Positions 28,190 to 38,800 of a DNA stretch of 64,000 bases are shown here, in pieces; the first letter of the stretch is position 1; the number at the start of each line of letters is the position of its first letter. Below the pieces are notes generated by a model. The model did not search any database. It was not told the origin of the DNA and worked only from the letters and a program-made list of their open reading frames with translations. The position numbers and the translations under genes are program-made. Source of the stretch: an uncultured virus (IMG/VR IMGVR_UViG_3300034073_001408) (taxonomy: Duplodnaviria; Heunggongvirae; Uroviricota; Caudoviricetes); IMG/VR virus record IMGVR_UViG_3300034073_001408; one strand, given 5' to 3'.

Positions 28190-28197
28190 TATTTATA
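28190..28197 (-). promoter_or_regulatory. Late promoter of the homing endonuclease
   Basis: TATAAATA on the minus strand ~60 nt before the ATG. Confidence 0.7.
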
Positions 28198-28225
28198 TAT
28201 TATTTGTCAAAAATGAGGAAATAAC

Positions 28226-28750
28226 ATGAATGAAAAATTGACTTTAGACCTTGTATCTAAGTATCCAAAACTCTTTAGAGACATAAATGCTCCAGTAACA
28301 AACTCGTTGATGGCTTTTGGATTTGAGTGTGGCGACGGATGGTACGATATCATCGACGTTCTTTGTGGGCTACTCACATCAGATTTTCAACAAGCCAAAG
28401 CACGCTATGAGTCGGTTAAGATGTACTACGAAACTGACGGCCGCTATCCGTGGCTAGGCTGCAAAGAAATCACTTCAGAGATGGTAGAAGAGCTAAGACT
28501 CGCAATGGAAGATGAGTGTCAGAAAGTTCCTGTCGCGGTTCAGGTGAAAGAGAAATTCGGTGGGCTACGTTTCTACGTTCATGGCGCTACGAATGAAGCC
28601 CACAACTATATCGATTTCGCTGAAAGAATGAGCTACAGAACATGCGAGACTTGTGGCAAGCCTGGCAAGACAATCAGGAACGGCTGGCATTACACAGCAT
28701 GTGAAGAACACACACGAGAGGAAGATAAAGATGCGGAAGATAGTGATTAA
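28226..28750 (+). CDS. Conserved phage hypothetical protein
   Basis: ECGDGW..QVKEKFGGLRFY..CETCG motifs. Confidence 0.75.
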   Translation: MNEKLTLDLVSKYPKLFRDINAPVTNSLMAFGFECGDGWYDIIDVLCGLLTSDFQQAKARYESVKMYYETDGRYPWLGCKEITSEMVEELRLAMEDECQKVPVAVQVKEKFGGLRFYVHGATNEAHNYIDFAERMSYRTCETCGKPGKTIRNGWHYTACEEHTREEDKDAEDSD

Positions 28751-29012
28751 CCGAGTCCACGGCGGCTTTGGTCTTGTAGATTCTGTAAAAGAAGAGTATA
28801 ATCGCATCAAGAAAACAGGATTGGAATGGGATCATGAGTTTCCACGGGATGATCCAGTTCTGATTGAGATCATAGAGCGAATCGGTCTAGACAAATCAGC
28901 AGACAGATACGCGGAGTTGAAGATCGTGGAAATCCCTGACGATGTTGAATGGACCATTGATGAGTATGACGGGCTTGAATGGGTCGCAGAAAAACATCGC
29001 ACTTGGCGTTAA
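28731..29012 (+). CDS. Conserved phage hypothetical protein
   Basis: KIVIN..GGFGL..RDDPVL..EIPDDV..EYDGLEW. Confidence 0.7.
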   Translation: MRKIVINRVHGGFGLVDSVKEEYNRIKKTGLEWDHEFPRDDPVLIEIIERIGLDKSADRYAELKIVEIPDDVEWTIDEYDGLEWVAEKHRTWR

Positions 29013-29022
29013 GGAGTTCATC

Positions 29023-29238
29023 ATGTACAAACCTGGTCCTGGCGTGAGCATTGACTACGAGACGGCCGACAGAATTACTCTGTTGACTCTCGTTGATGCG
29101 AAAGAATCTCTAGAAAAAGAGTGGCAAGATTATGAAAACGGGCAGTATCTGCATCCAGATGATGTCGCCGCAAACAGGAAATATCTAGCCGCACTCAAAG
29201 AAGTCATTCATTACTTCGGCGGAGAAAACTCTCTATGA
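29023..29238 (+). CDS. Hypothetical protein
   Basis: AAGGAG RBS. Confidence 0.55.
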   Translation: MYKPGPGVSIDYETADRITLLTLVDAKESLEKEWQDYENGQYLHPDDVAANRKYLAALKEVIHYFGGENSL

Positions 29239-29595
29239 AGCGTGATCTTGTAAATGTGATGATTGAACAATCTACAGAATACACGACAGATGTGTCTAGG
29301 TATTCTTCTGATGTAAAATTACCGCATCTCGATAGAGAAAAGTTGATAAAACTTATCGTGAGTGAATGTGCAAACGTAGCTTGGGATGAGGTGCAGTATT
29401 CGATCAATTTTGAAATCGCTGACGCAGTGAAGAAGCGCGTCCTAGATCACTTCGGCATATGATAACTTTCATTCTGAGAACTCTAGGCATAATTTTTGGT
29501 CTTCTGACTCTCTTCGCAATTTTTATTCTAGGTGCAGTCATCGTCGGAATCGTCGGTGGTGTTCTTCTTGCATAACTGATTTATTGGAGAATTTT

Positions 29596-29850
29596 ATGCG
29601 TAATCGATATGGCGTGAATTATGATTTTGTCAAGGTAAGTGAGAACACTTATCGATTTGACATGGATGAAAAAGAAATGAACTACTGCCGCTTCGGCGGC
29701 CTTGAAGGTCAACAAACTTTGGACTACAACGAACTAGGATTCTTTGATCCTAGCGGTGGTCCGTTCGTGAGTGTCGGCGGCGAGATTGAAGGCAAGAAAA
29801 TCTCTCGCATCTTTCTTGAGGAACAGAAAATCTTTTTGGAGGTAGCGTGA
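29596..29850 (+). CDS. Hypothetical protein
   Basis: GGAG RBS; FDPSGGPF motif. Confidence 0.6.
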   Translation: MRNRYGVNYDFVKVSENTYRFDMDEKEMNYCRFGGLEGQQTLDYNELGFFDPSGGPFVSVGGEIEGKKISRIFLEEQKIFLEVA

Positions 29851-30397
29851 AGTTCCGCTCTTCAATCTTAGACCAGTGTGTCACTGTATACACTGTAGAC
29901 AATCGATCTTTCAGAGTCTGGAAATCCACTATGATTGAAGAGTGGAACGAACGGAATCGTGTCTGGAAATACGCATACGATCTCGAAGAACAAGACAAGA
30001 AAGAACTCTTGGATTATGCTGATTCTTATTTTTTTGAAATGAAAGACAAACGTTCATCTCAATATAGTGATCAATACACTGACATTATTTCCGATGGTGG
30101 AATGGATCCAAGAGGTAGAAAATGATAGTTTGTTCTTGTGGATGCAAAGTGTCTAATTTTGACGACACAATCACTTGTAGTCTCGCTTCATATGATAGAA
30201 TCGGTGAAAAGTCTGTCACATTCACAACACTCTGCAAAAAATGCTATGACAGGGCATATCATGCGGGCGAAGTTCTTGAGAAAGACGAAGACATCGATGA
30301 TTGGCTGAGTAGTTGACTAAAAAACTCTGAAATCTATTGATCTACGATTTCATTTCGATATAATGTCTACATAGACAGTAAAGAAGGAGTTCTTGAA

Positions 30398-30646
30398 ATG
30401 AGTAATTATCCAAACATGAGCTACTGCATGAACGAAAATACGCTTCTAGCTCTAAGTCAGGTCATCGATGCTATGCGAGAAGATGGTGTGAGCTTTCTTC
30501 GCGAATTGAGTCGGCAAGAGCGCCGCGCGTTTAATGAACTCTTCACCTCGTGCGAAGAGTTTATGACTATCGCAGAGGAACTTGAAACCGAGTTAGAATG
30601 TGAAGATGAATCTGACGAAGAAGAGGAGTATTGCGATGAATGCTGA
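30398..30646 (+). CDS. Acidic hypothetical protein
   Basis: Behind cassette B; NMSYC..ENT motif. Confidence 0.65.
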   Translation: MSNYPNMSYCMNENTLLALSQVIDAMREDGVSFLRELSRQERRAFNELFTSCEEFMTIAEELETELECEDESDEEEEYCDEC

Positions 30647-30823
30647 ACTTACCTGGACTCAATTCGGCACGGCTGCTTTTCCGATTTATTCCGTTTGCAT
30701 AGACTATACGGACGAACAAGGATTTCTTCTTGAGCATTTGACAAAAGAACTTGCTAGATTTCCATCGCGAATGATGGCAGAGAAGTTTATTTCTGAAAAT
30801 CAACATTCTATGTTGGATTAAAC

Positions 30824-31120
30824 ATGCACTACGAAATTCGAAATTATCGAACGGGCGAAAATTACTTTGAATATGTAAACGACGACAGTGGAGATGTTCC
30901 AGAAATTTGGACAACATTTTGTCCACTTGGAGGACCAACTGCTGATGCACTAGAAGTTCCACCAGCTCCAAAAAAGTATTCAACTAGGGCTCAAGCAAAA
31001 CTTGTGTGTGATGCGCTATCGAATGCTCGATACACTGAATACATGAAAAATTACACTCAATACAAAATTTTGGGTCGACCACAACCTAAATGGATGGTTT
31101 ACAAGTTCGATCAAGATTGA
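30824..31120 (+). CDS. Hypothetical protein
   Basis: Operon context. Confidence 0.55.
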   Translation: MHYEIRNYRTGENYFEYVNDDSGDVPEIWTTFCPLGGPTADALEVPPAPKKYSTRAQAKLVCDALSNARYTEYMKNYTQYKILGRPQPKWMVYKFDQD

Positions 31121-31259
31121 CTCATCTTTGCTTCCGATGTATAATACACACATGATGAAAAAACTACTAAACGAACTACGTACCTGGAACTGGGAAGCAA
31201 TAGCCGCACTGGTCTTTTGCTGGGCTGTGGTGTTCTATCAATTTCTGTAAGGATCCAAA

Positions 31260-31496
31260 ATGAACGAACGAATCAAACGAATTCTAGAACATGCTGATAT
31301 CAGCATGTCAATGACAGAATTCAGTGGTTGCCTTGAGGGACAAGACTATTTGGTAACTGATAGCAATCTTTCAGAAATGCAATTAGAGAAGTTCGCCGAG
31401 TTGATTGTGCGGGAATGTGCCCAGTTCGTGGATCGTGAGATCAGCGAGGGTGGTGTAGATGGTCAAATGCTGAAAGAATATTTCGGAGTTGAATAA
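31260..31496 (+). CDS. MNERI-family small protein
   Basis: All three conserved boxes. Confidence 0.8.
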   Translation: MNERIKRILEHADISMSMTEFSGCLEGQDYLVTDSNLSEMQLEKFAELIVRECAQFVDREISEGGVDGQMLKEYFGVE

Positions 31497-31747
31497 TGAA
31501 CGAACGATTTGAAGAACAAATCTTTGAACTTGCCAAGCAGGCTGGTATGTCGCGAGACAAATTTGGTTTGTATTTTGACACTCGCGATCACGATGAAGGT
31601 GTTGATTTGGAAATGTTCGCCCTGTTGATTGTTCGGGACGCACTAAAAGTAATCAATGAAGTTGGATATAAGTCATCTAATGACATTCCTTTTTCTACTA
31701 CCGAACTCTTTGAACGAATGGTAAGACAACATTTCGGAGTTGAATGA
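31496..31747 (+). CDS. MNERI-family small protein
   Basis: All three conserved boxes. Confidence 0.8.
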   Translation: MNERFEEQIFELAKQAGMSRDKFGLYFDTRDHDEGVDLEMFALLIVRDALKVINEVGYKSSNDIPFSTTELFERMVRQHFGVE

Positions 31748-31923
31748 TGAACGAACGAATTCAAGAACTAATGACGCAATGTGAGACCAAGTATTCCACT
31801 GCGTCTGAACCAACTTATGATATGGAAAAGTTCGCCGAGTTGATTCTTCGGGAAACTTTGAGAGTTACTGGAGCACCACCTAGTATGGCTGAAACTGCTA
31901 AGAAACATTTCGGAGTTGAATAA
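31747..31923 (+). CDS. MNERI-family small protein (58 aa, absent from ORF track)
   Basis: MNERIQELMTQ..EKFAELILRET..KKHFGVE. Confidence 0.8.
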   Translation: MNERIQELMTQCETKYSTASEPTYDMEKFAELILRETLRVTGAPPSMAETAKKHFGVE

Positions 31924-32082
31924 TGATTGGCGAAATTTGGTTCTCTGGCGAAGATAGACCTCGCATTGTCATACAAGATTGTCTAAGAATAGAAGGCGGC
32001 ACAATGGATAAGATCACCATTACCGACCTTGACGGTCACGAAATTACAATCAATTGTGAGTATGCATTTTGGAGATTGAAGA

Positions 32083-32454
32083 ATGAAGCTAAATGATTGG
32101 ACCGAACGCGGCTATCGTCGTTACGAAGTCGCACACAACAACCGCGAGATGAACAAGCTAGCCGACTTCATTTTGCAGAAGCGCATCGACGACAAGCGTG
32201 GCAAGAAATACTTCATCACCGTGTATTGTTATGATCGCACGAAGTATCCAGATCCTCATCGAGAGTTCTTCAAAGATCGTCCAATTGGCTACATGCCCAC
32301 CGTGCAGATGGTCTTGGGTGACGACAAACCACACTTCAACATCGAGATGAATGGAGATTTCTTCTTCGTTGATGAAGTTGAAGCATACTTTGAGAAGTTC
32401 TGGAACTTGCTAGAACGGCCGTACTATGAGGAGTTCGAACATGAAGCGAATTAA
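32083..32454 (+). CDS. Hypothetical protein
   Basis: GGAG RBS, 123 aa. Confidence 0.65.
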   Translation: MKLNDWTERGYRRYEVAHNNREMNKLADFILQKRIDDKRGKKYFITVYCYDRTKYPDPHREFFKDRPIGYMPTVQMVLGDDKPHFNIEMNGDFFFVDEVEAYFEKFWNLLERPYYEEFEHEAN

Positions 32455-33212
32455 ACTGACAGCAGACGATCTAGAGTATTTGCTGGCGCTGGTGAATGAC
32501 TTGAATCCTCTAGACGAAGACAATAGTATGTCTGGCTGGCTTTTCTTGGTTGCTGACAACAGCAGCGGAATCGGACAGTCTCTAGACGCGGAGATTCCAA
32601 TGAAGTGCGTTGAACATGAAGGAATGTTTAGGATCAATGTTTCTGGCGTTGAAGACTGGTAAATTAGTTGACTAAAACACTCAGATATCTATTGACATGC
32701 TCACTGAGTGAGGTATAATGAACGCATAGACAGTAAAAGAGGTAAACGAAATGGAGATCACAGTCAATCCTTTCCAAACTCGTCAAATCGGCAGCAAGAA
32801 TGGTTGACAAATTATCCAACAGACTGTATAATACACACATGGACAGCAGAGAAATACTCAACTTTGGTGAACGGCACTACGAGGTCTGGGACTACTGGGG
32901 CAACAGGTTGTTCGAAGCAGAGACCTTGGAAGAGTGCGAAGATTGGCTATGCGACAATCCCTCGGAGGACGAAGAATGAATATCACAGTCAATCCTTTCC
33001 AAACTCGTCAAATCGGCAGCAACATAGTAGAAGTTTGGGTTGGCAAGCCCGGCGAAGCCGAAAGCGAATTTGTCTGTTCCGTTGGCATCAATCTGCTGCC
33101 TCAACTGATCGCCACGCTCCGTAAGGTGCAAGAGCAATAACCAACCACTTGACAGGGTCTTTGTTTGAGCACATAATACACACATAGACAGCAGCAACAA
33201 GGAGTAAACGAA

Positions 33213-33437
33213 ATGAACGAACGACTAGAGGAACTATCTTCCCAAGCCCGTGACATTGCCCGTGAATATGTGGCAGACTGTGAGAAATACGGTCATTATA
33301 TGGAGCACAATGAGTATGATTTACAGTTTGAGTCAAAGTTCGCTGAGTTGATTGTTCTGGAATGTATTCCGTTTGTAGGCGATCCTGATAGCGTCAAGGT
33401 CAAACAAATGTTAGAACATTTCGGAGTTGACCCATGA
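33213..33437 (+). CDS. MNERI-family small protein
   Basis: Conserved boxes; behind cassette B. Confidence 0.8.
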   Translation: MNERLEELSSQARDIAREYVADCEKYGHYMEHNEYDLQFESKFAELIVLECIPFVGDPDSVKVKQMLEHFGVDP

Positions 33438-33643
33438 ACGAACGAATCCGTGAATTTGCCATACAATCTGGGATACTTGATGTTGCCGATAGAAAGTATA
33501 TGACTGATGCCGAAAAGTTCGCCGAATTGATTGTCAAGGAATGCGCCAAACTTACTCGCTGGCAAGAGTATGATATGTCAGTTGAACAGCGTATTCGTCT
33601 TGGAATCTATCAAGAGATCAAAGAACATTTCGGAGTGGAATAG
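33434..33643 (+). CDS. MNERI-family small protein
   Basis: Conserved boxes. Confidence 0.8.
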   Translation: MNERIREFAIQSGILDVADRKYMTDAEKFAELIVKECAKLTRWQEYDMSVEQRIRLGIYQEIKEHFGVE

Positions 33644-33712
33644 CCCACCACTTGACAGGGTCTTTGTTTGAGCACATAATACACACATAGACAGCAACAA
33701 GGAGTAAACGAA

Positions 33713-34066
33713 ATGAGCATGAACATCTTCATCACCGCAAACCGTAAGATCACCTTCAAGAAGAAGAACGGTAAGCGTGGTGGTGGCATCCAGACTGTTG
33801 AGTTCCGTGCGTTCCAAACTCCTACCCGTGTCACACACGAAATCCTCGCTAGCAAAGATCCTGCGCAAACCTACATTGATTGGGTCCTTGCTGAATGTAG
33901 TCGTGATGAGATTGAACCGGTCTTCCACGAAGATGACATCTGGCAAGAAGGCGAACCCATTGGCACCACTACCTGGAATGCCGGCAAGGAGCATGTGGAA
34001 GAGTTCAAGGCATGGATTGCCCAAGTGGAAGAGGATGGCTTTACTCTCAATTTTGAAATGATTTAA
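33713..34066 (+). CDS. Hypothetical early protein
   Basis: Behind cassette B. Confidence 0.65.
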   Translation: MSMNIFITANRKITFKKKNGKRGGGIQTVEFRAFQTPTRVTHEILASKDPAQTYIDWVLAECSRDEIEPVFHEDDIWQEGEPIGTTTWNAGKEHVEEFKAWIAQVEEDGFTLNFEMI

Positions 34067-34077
34067 GGAAACAAATC

Positions 34078-34602
34078 ATGAATCGTAGGTCTACTGATGT
34101 TGATGGCTGGGTCAACTTTCCAGTCAATGATCCTCGCTGGGTCAACAGTAATCAAGGCGGCATGTTCGTCAAGCTGGTTGTCGTTGATCCTCGCGAGTTT
34201 GACGACCAGTTCGGCGTATGCACTGGCGTCGGTGTCTATGATATGCTGCAAGAATGTCTAGTCGGTGATGATCTTCGTCCGAAGCCTGTGAGTCCTTCAG
34301 CGGAAGACTGCACCCAAGAAGATTGGGAAGAGTATGATCGCAAGATGCGTAAGTGGGAAGAGTATCACTTTCCTCACATCAATGCACACCTTGACGGCGA
34401 TCAGGACGAATACTTTTCTCGTGTGTATCTTTGCTCTATGGTGTTGGGATCTACTGGTTGGAGCGGATGGTCTGAAGAACACTCTGAAAACTGGACTTGC
34501 AAGTACGATGACTTGACAGAACAAGGCAAAGCGCTGTACAATCAAATCAAGCAACTGTACCCAGGTTGTGATCTTCATCTTTTGACTTTTCTGGATACCT
34601 GA
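34078..34602 (+). CDS. Hypothetical protein
   Basis: AAGGA RBS, 174 aa. Confidence 0.65.
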   Translation: MNRRSTDVDGWVNFPVNDPRWVNSNQGGMFVKLVVVDPREFDDQFGVCTGVGVYDMLQECLVGDDLRPKPVSPSAEDCTQEDWEEYDRKMRKWEEYHFPHINAHLDGDQDEYFSRVYLCSMVLGSTGWSGWSEEHSENWTCKYDDLTEQGKALYNQIKQLYPGCDLHLLTFLDT

Positions 34603-34604
34603 TT

Positions 34605-36357
34605 ATGACGAAAATTCTTGTTGATGTGACTGTGTTGGAGCAGGCTCTGGAGGCTCTGGAAAGCCTGTTCACGTTGCAGGTGGACTATAACCGTCCCAAG
34701 CAATGCGGAGACGCCATCACCGCCCTCCGCGCCGCGCTGGAGCAGCCGGAGCAGGAGCCGGTGGCTTGGTTTGTTGAAGGATCGACATATCACTCACATG
34801 AGGTTGCGCTCAAGATGAATGGCAATGTCCAGCAAGGGATCTTGCCTCTCTACGCCCACCCACCCCGCCGCGAGTGGCGCGGGCTGACGGATGAGGAAGC
34901 CAAAGACATAGCCTACGAGGTAGATGCGAATGGCGGTTACGTAATTGATTTTTACCGCGCCGTCGAGGCCAAGCTGAAGGAGCTAAATCATGATTGAACA
35001 ACCAGAAGAAGCCTTGCGGCTGGCTGGCGTGCTTGAACTGCTTTGGCTAGACGGACAAACACCGAGAAAAGCCGCCGCCGAACTGCGCCGCCTGCACGCG
35101 GCGAATGCGGAACTGCTGGAGGCGTTGAAAGAGGCAGCCTTTGCTATTGAATATTGGGGCAGCTATGCCTCTAAGTACTTCCAAGAAAAACACGACCTGC
35201 AAAGTGACATCAATTCGGCCCGCTCCGCCATAGCCAAAGCAGAAGGAAAATAACCTATGAATAAGCTCAATTTTTATCTTGGTCTACTTCTATTTTTGCT
35301 AGGGCTATGGGGAGGATCGTACCTCTTGAGTTTGTTTCACGACACATGGGCAGGCTTTCCTATATTAATAACGTCTTTTGTTATGGGTGCGATGGGCGCA
35401 GCAGGCATGGGTATGGGTATTGCGACTAAGGAGAAGAATCATGAGTAACAATACAGGCGGGCCAGCGTTCCCTGCATGGGAGCAAGACGAATATGGCTCA
35501 AAATTTTTCAACGAAGGCATCACCCTGCGCGACTACTTTGCTGCAAAGGCATTGCAAGGTCTTTTAGCAAATCAAAACCTAAACGCATATTGCGAAGATG
35601 CTAAAATAGCTAAGAGCGCATATATTATTGCTGATGCGATGTTGAATGAGAAGAATCATGAATGAAAAATCTGAAACCGTGAAACTGGCTGACGTGCTTG
35701 AACAAGGCAATTACAATCACTATGACGTCATGAAAGCAGCAGCCGAACTGCGCCGCCTGAGTGCTGAGAATCAAGTTCTTCAAAGTGCATTAGATGCTGT
35801 ACTTGACTTTGCAGGGACAATCGGTGGAGGATCTTCATGGTGGGAAGATGTTTGGTCAGAGCATCAAGCAGCAATTGATAAAGTGGAGAAGCAACCATGA
35901 ACCGTGATGACATCATTCGCATGGCGCGGGAGGCTGACCAATACGCTGACGATCACGCTCCAGCGTGGACTCAAATTCCGCAAGAATGGCAGCAATTGCG
36001 TGATTATCGATTTGCCACTCTTGTCGCCGCTGCTGAGCGCGAGGCGTGTCTTGCGCTCGTTAAGCAGTACGGCAAAGGCTACATCATAACCGCAGCCATC
36101 CTCGCAAGGAGCCAACCATGAACCGCGATGACATCATCCGCACAATAGACTGGATTTTAGATTTGTGTCCAGAAATTCAGCAATGGCAAGCTGAGATCAT
36201 TGCTGAGTATGCCAGTAATCTAGTCAAGAATGAGCGTGAAGAGTGTGCGATGGAATGCATAAAACTCGCACACAATTGGACACGTTTGGGTACTTGGGGT
36301 GAGAACAACGACTTTCACGAATGCGCCGCAGCCATCCGCGCAAGGAGTCAACAATGA
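34605..36357 (+). other. GC-richer block of seven small genes resembling temperate-phage early genes
   Basis: ORFs at 34605 (EQEPVAW..PLYAHP), 34990 and 35658 (AAAELRRL), 35257, 35441 (GPAFP..GITLRDYFAAKAL), 35897 and 36118 (MNRDDIIR..EREAC..ARS). Confidence 0.65.
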
Positions 36358-36623
36358 CTGACATCTGGAGCCGTCGCAGCGAAATTGATCGTGATCGTCG
36401 CAATAAAATGAAAGAACTCATGGATGAGTATGATCGAACTGTCTACTATCCAGCAAGAAAAGCACTGGTGCGAGAATGTTTTCTTGAAGGTCATCGTGGA
36501 GGCAAGTACCACGACAATGGCTTTGGATGGAGCTGGTTCTACTGCGGCAAGTGCGGCGGAAGATATGACATCACTGGACCAGACGGCAAAAAGAATACAT
36601 CAGACGGCGAAGTAGTTGACTAA
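36354..36623 (+). CDS. Hypothetical Zn-finger-like protein
   Basis: C..H..CxxC; AAGGAG RBS. Confidence 0.55.
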   Translation: MTDIWSRRSEIDRDRRNKMKELMDEYDRTVYYPARKALVRECFLEGHRGGKYHDNGFGWSWFYCGKCGGRYDITGPDGKKNTSDGEVVD

Positions 36624-37511
36624 AACAGTCAACTGCTAGTTTACACAAATTCCTTCCTAGTATATAATGTCTACATAGACAGTAAAGAAGGAGTAAACGA
36701 AATGCGCAACAAGACCTACAGCATCCAATTCACCAGCCCTACACATTATGGTGCCATATGTGTGACAGCCCGCTCTGCTCGTGAGGCCCTTGCTTATGTG
36801 CGAAAGAACTATCCTGGTGCTGTGATTGATTCATTTGCCGTTGAAGTTGAATAAGGAGCACATGATGACCTATCAAGAAGCACTCTGGCAAGGCAAGTAT
36901 GTGTGGATCGTCAGCCTGATGAGCAAGTCTGGCAAGATGCATCGCTATGTTCGCAAGTATGTTGGACGCGGTGGCAAGGTCATCAGTGAAGCCAAGAACG
37001 GTATGCTCTTGATCGAGTTCAAGAATCACACTCGTGCGATCCCAGCAGGCTGTGTAGTTGACTACGCAGTGCCAAAGTCTGGTGTTCCTGTGAAGAATGG
37101 TTGACTAAAACAGTCAGGTACTAGTTTACACAAATTCCTTCCTAGTATATAATGTCTACATAGACAGTAAGGAGCAAGAGATGAAGAAATGGAAGCCTTC
37201 GAGTCAAAAACGAGCAGACAACCGGCTACTCAAAAAACTCAAGCGCGAACGCAACAAGATCAACACTGAAGCAGAAAAGAAGAAGCAAGAAAAGAAGAAT
37301 GTTGACACAATAGTAAGCGAATCATGATGCAAAACTGGATCGTCTCAGTCTACAAAGCAGACAAGCGTTACTCTAGCGGTGAGCGGTTTGTTGCTAAGTA
37401 TCCGTTCTTAGGTGCTGATCGTGATGCGATTGAGCGTCAGCTTCTTGAACTCACATACGAACTGTATCCCAAGAAAGATGGCTGGCGCTTTGATGTGCAG
37501 GAGCTAACGAA

Positions 37512-37751
37512 ATGACTAACGGAATGAACGAACGAATTAAGGAACTCGCGGCACAAGTTGAAAAGTATATTTCAACGACCAATTTTGAGGGCATGCCGGA
37601 AGACGAAATGACCTATGACGAAATCTTCCAAAAGAAATTCGCCGAGTTGATTGTGCGGGAATGTACTAACATGTTGCCGCCGGATAGTATTCGTGATAAA
37701 AACGGCGTACATATGTTCTATGTGATCCGTAAACATTTCGGAGTTGAATGA
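37512..37751 (+). CDS. MNERI-family small protein
   Basis: Conserved boxes. Confidence 0.8.
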   Translation: MTNGMNERIKELAAQVEKYISTTNFEGMPEDEMTYDEIFQKKFAELIVRECTNMLPPDSIRDKNGVHMFYVIRKHFGVE

Positions 37752-38017
37752 TGGCTCTTACCGTACACTACTATAATCGTAATGGTGAACAGATAATTGA
37801 TTGCAAAAATGTTTGCCCAAATGACGTTGAGTTCTTCCGTAAGAACGATATCAAAGTAAGCATGGAAGAACTGAATGGAGAAATTATTGTTTATGGATGC
37901 CCTTACAGTGATGTTTCGGAAGAAAGTGAAGTAATCGTATTTGCTAAAAACAGACCATGTGAAGAAACACTTTCGGAATTGGTTTCAGAGTGTAAGAAAC
38001 ATTTCGGAGTCAAGTAA
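37748..38017 (+). CDS. Hypothetical protein ending in the family C-box (ECKKHFGVK)
   Basis: Unrelated body joined to the HFGV terminus. Confidence 0.6.
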   Translation: MMALTVHYYNRNGEQIIDCKNVCPNDVEFFRKNDIKVSMEELNGEIIVYGCPYSDVSEESEVIVFAKNRPCEETLSELVSECKKHFGVK

Positions 38018-38476
38018 TGAACGAAGTTTTTGTAGTCTATTACGATGAATCTTATTGGGGCGTAGGTGAGCGTGGTCCAAGTCAGCGTAGAATCGACGGT
38101 GTGTTCGCCAGTGCTGAAGCAGCAAGAGCAAGAATTCGAGAGTTAGAATCAATGACTCATGTAGATTATGCTGACTTTGAATCTTTTGTGGTTGAATCAT
38201 GAAAGAAAAACTAGGACCTTATTTTTTAGAAATTATAATGGCGGTGGCTATTGTGTATCTTGTTGTTTTATTTGCTTTTTGGAGTTGAATGATGTTTCTA
38301 TACAAAGTATTTTATGGACAAGTTCCATTTAAAAACAAGACGTTTAAGTCCTGGAAAGACGCAAGCACATTCATAAAAGAACAACTGGATACTGATGGTA
38401 TTGTGCGATCAATATCTAAAGAGCATATTGATGTTGAAAATCGTCGTGATGATATTGAATCTTTCGAAACTGAATC

Positions 38477-38800
38477 ATGACTAACGTTCTTGATGAGTAT
38501 GGATATCCCACTGACGAAGCTCTGACAATGATCGCAGAGTGGTCATTGGACGATTCTCGTGGGTGGTTCAACTTCATTGAATCTCTTTGGTATCTCAGCG
38601 GATGGGGATGGCTAGAGGAAGAAGCCACACACGATTTGTTTGACGACAAAAAAGTTATTCGTTATAATATCTCTACTGCGGGTTGGAGTGGCAACGAGAG
38701 CATCATTGCAGCTATGCAGAAGAATCGCATCCTTTGGTCTACTACGTGGGTTCAGAGTCGGCGCGGCGGGCACTATATCTTTGAGGATGCTATAGAATGA
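38477..38800 (+). CDS. Conserved phage hypothetical protein
   Basis: GYPT..STAGWSGNE..SRRGGHY. Confidence 0.7.
   Translation: MTNVLDEYGYPTDEALTMIAEWSLDDSRGWFNFIESLWYLSGWGWLEEEATHDLFDDKKVIRYNISTAGWSGNESIIAAMQKNRILWSTTWVQSRRGGHYIFEDAIE

Larger units (their letters stand above)
30311..37183 (+). repeat. Early-promoter cassette family B (6 copies)
   Basis: -35 (TTGACA/TTTACA), -10 (TATAAT/CATAAT), CATAGACAG leader and RBS near 30311, 32666, 33145, 33648, 36615 and 37100. Confidence 0.8.

Noticed and set aside
32708..33124. 138-aa ORF with an internal repeat
   Set aside because: An off-frame reading across a promoter and the 41-bp duplication
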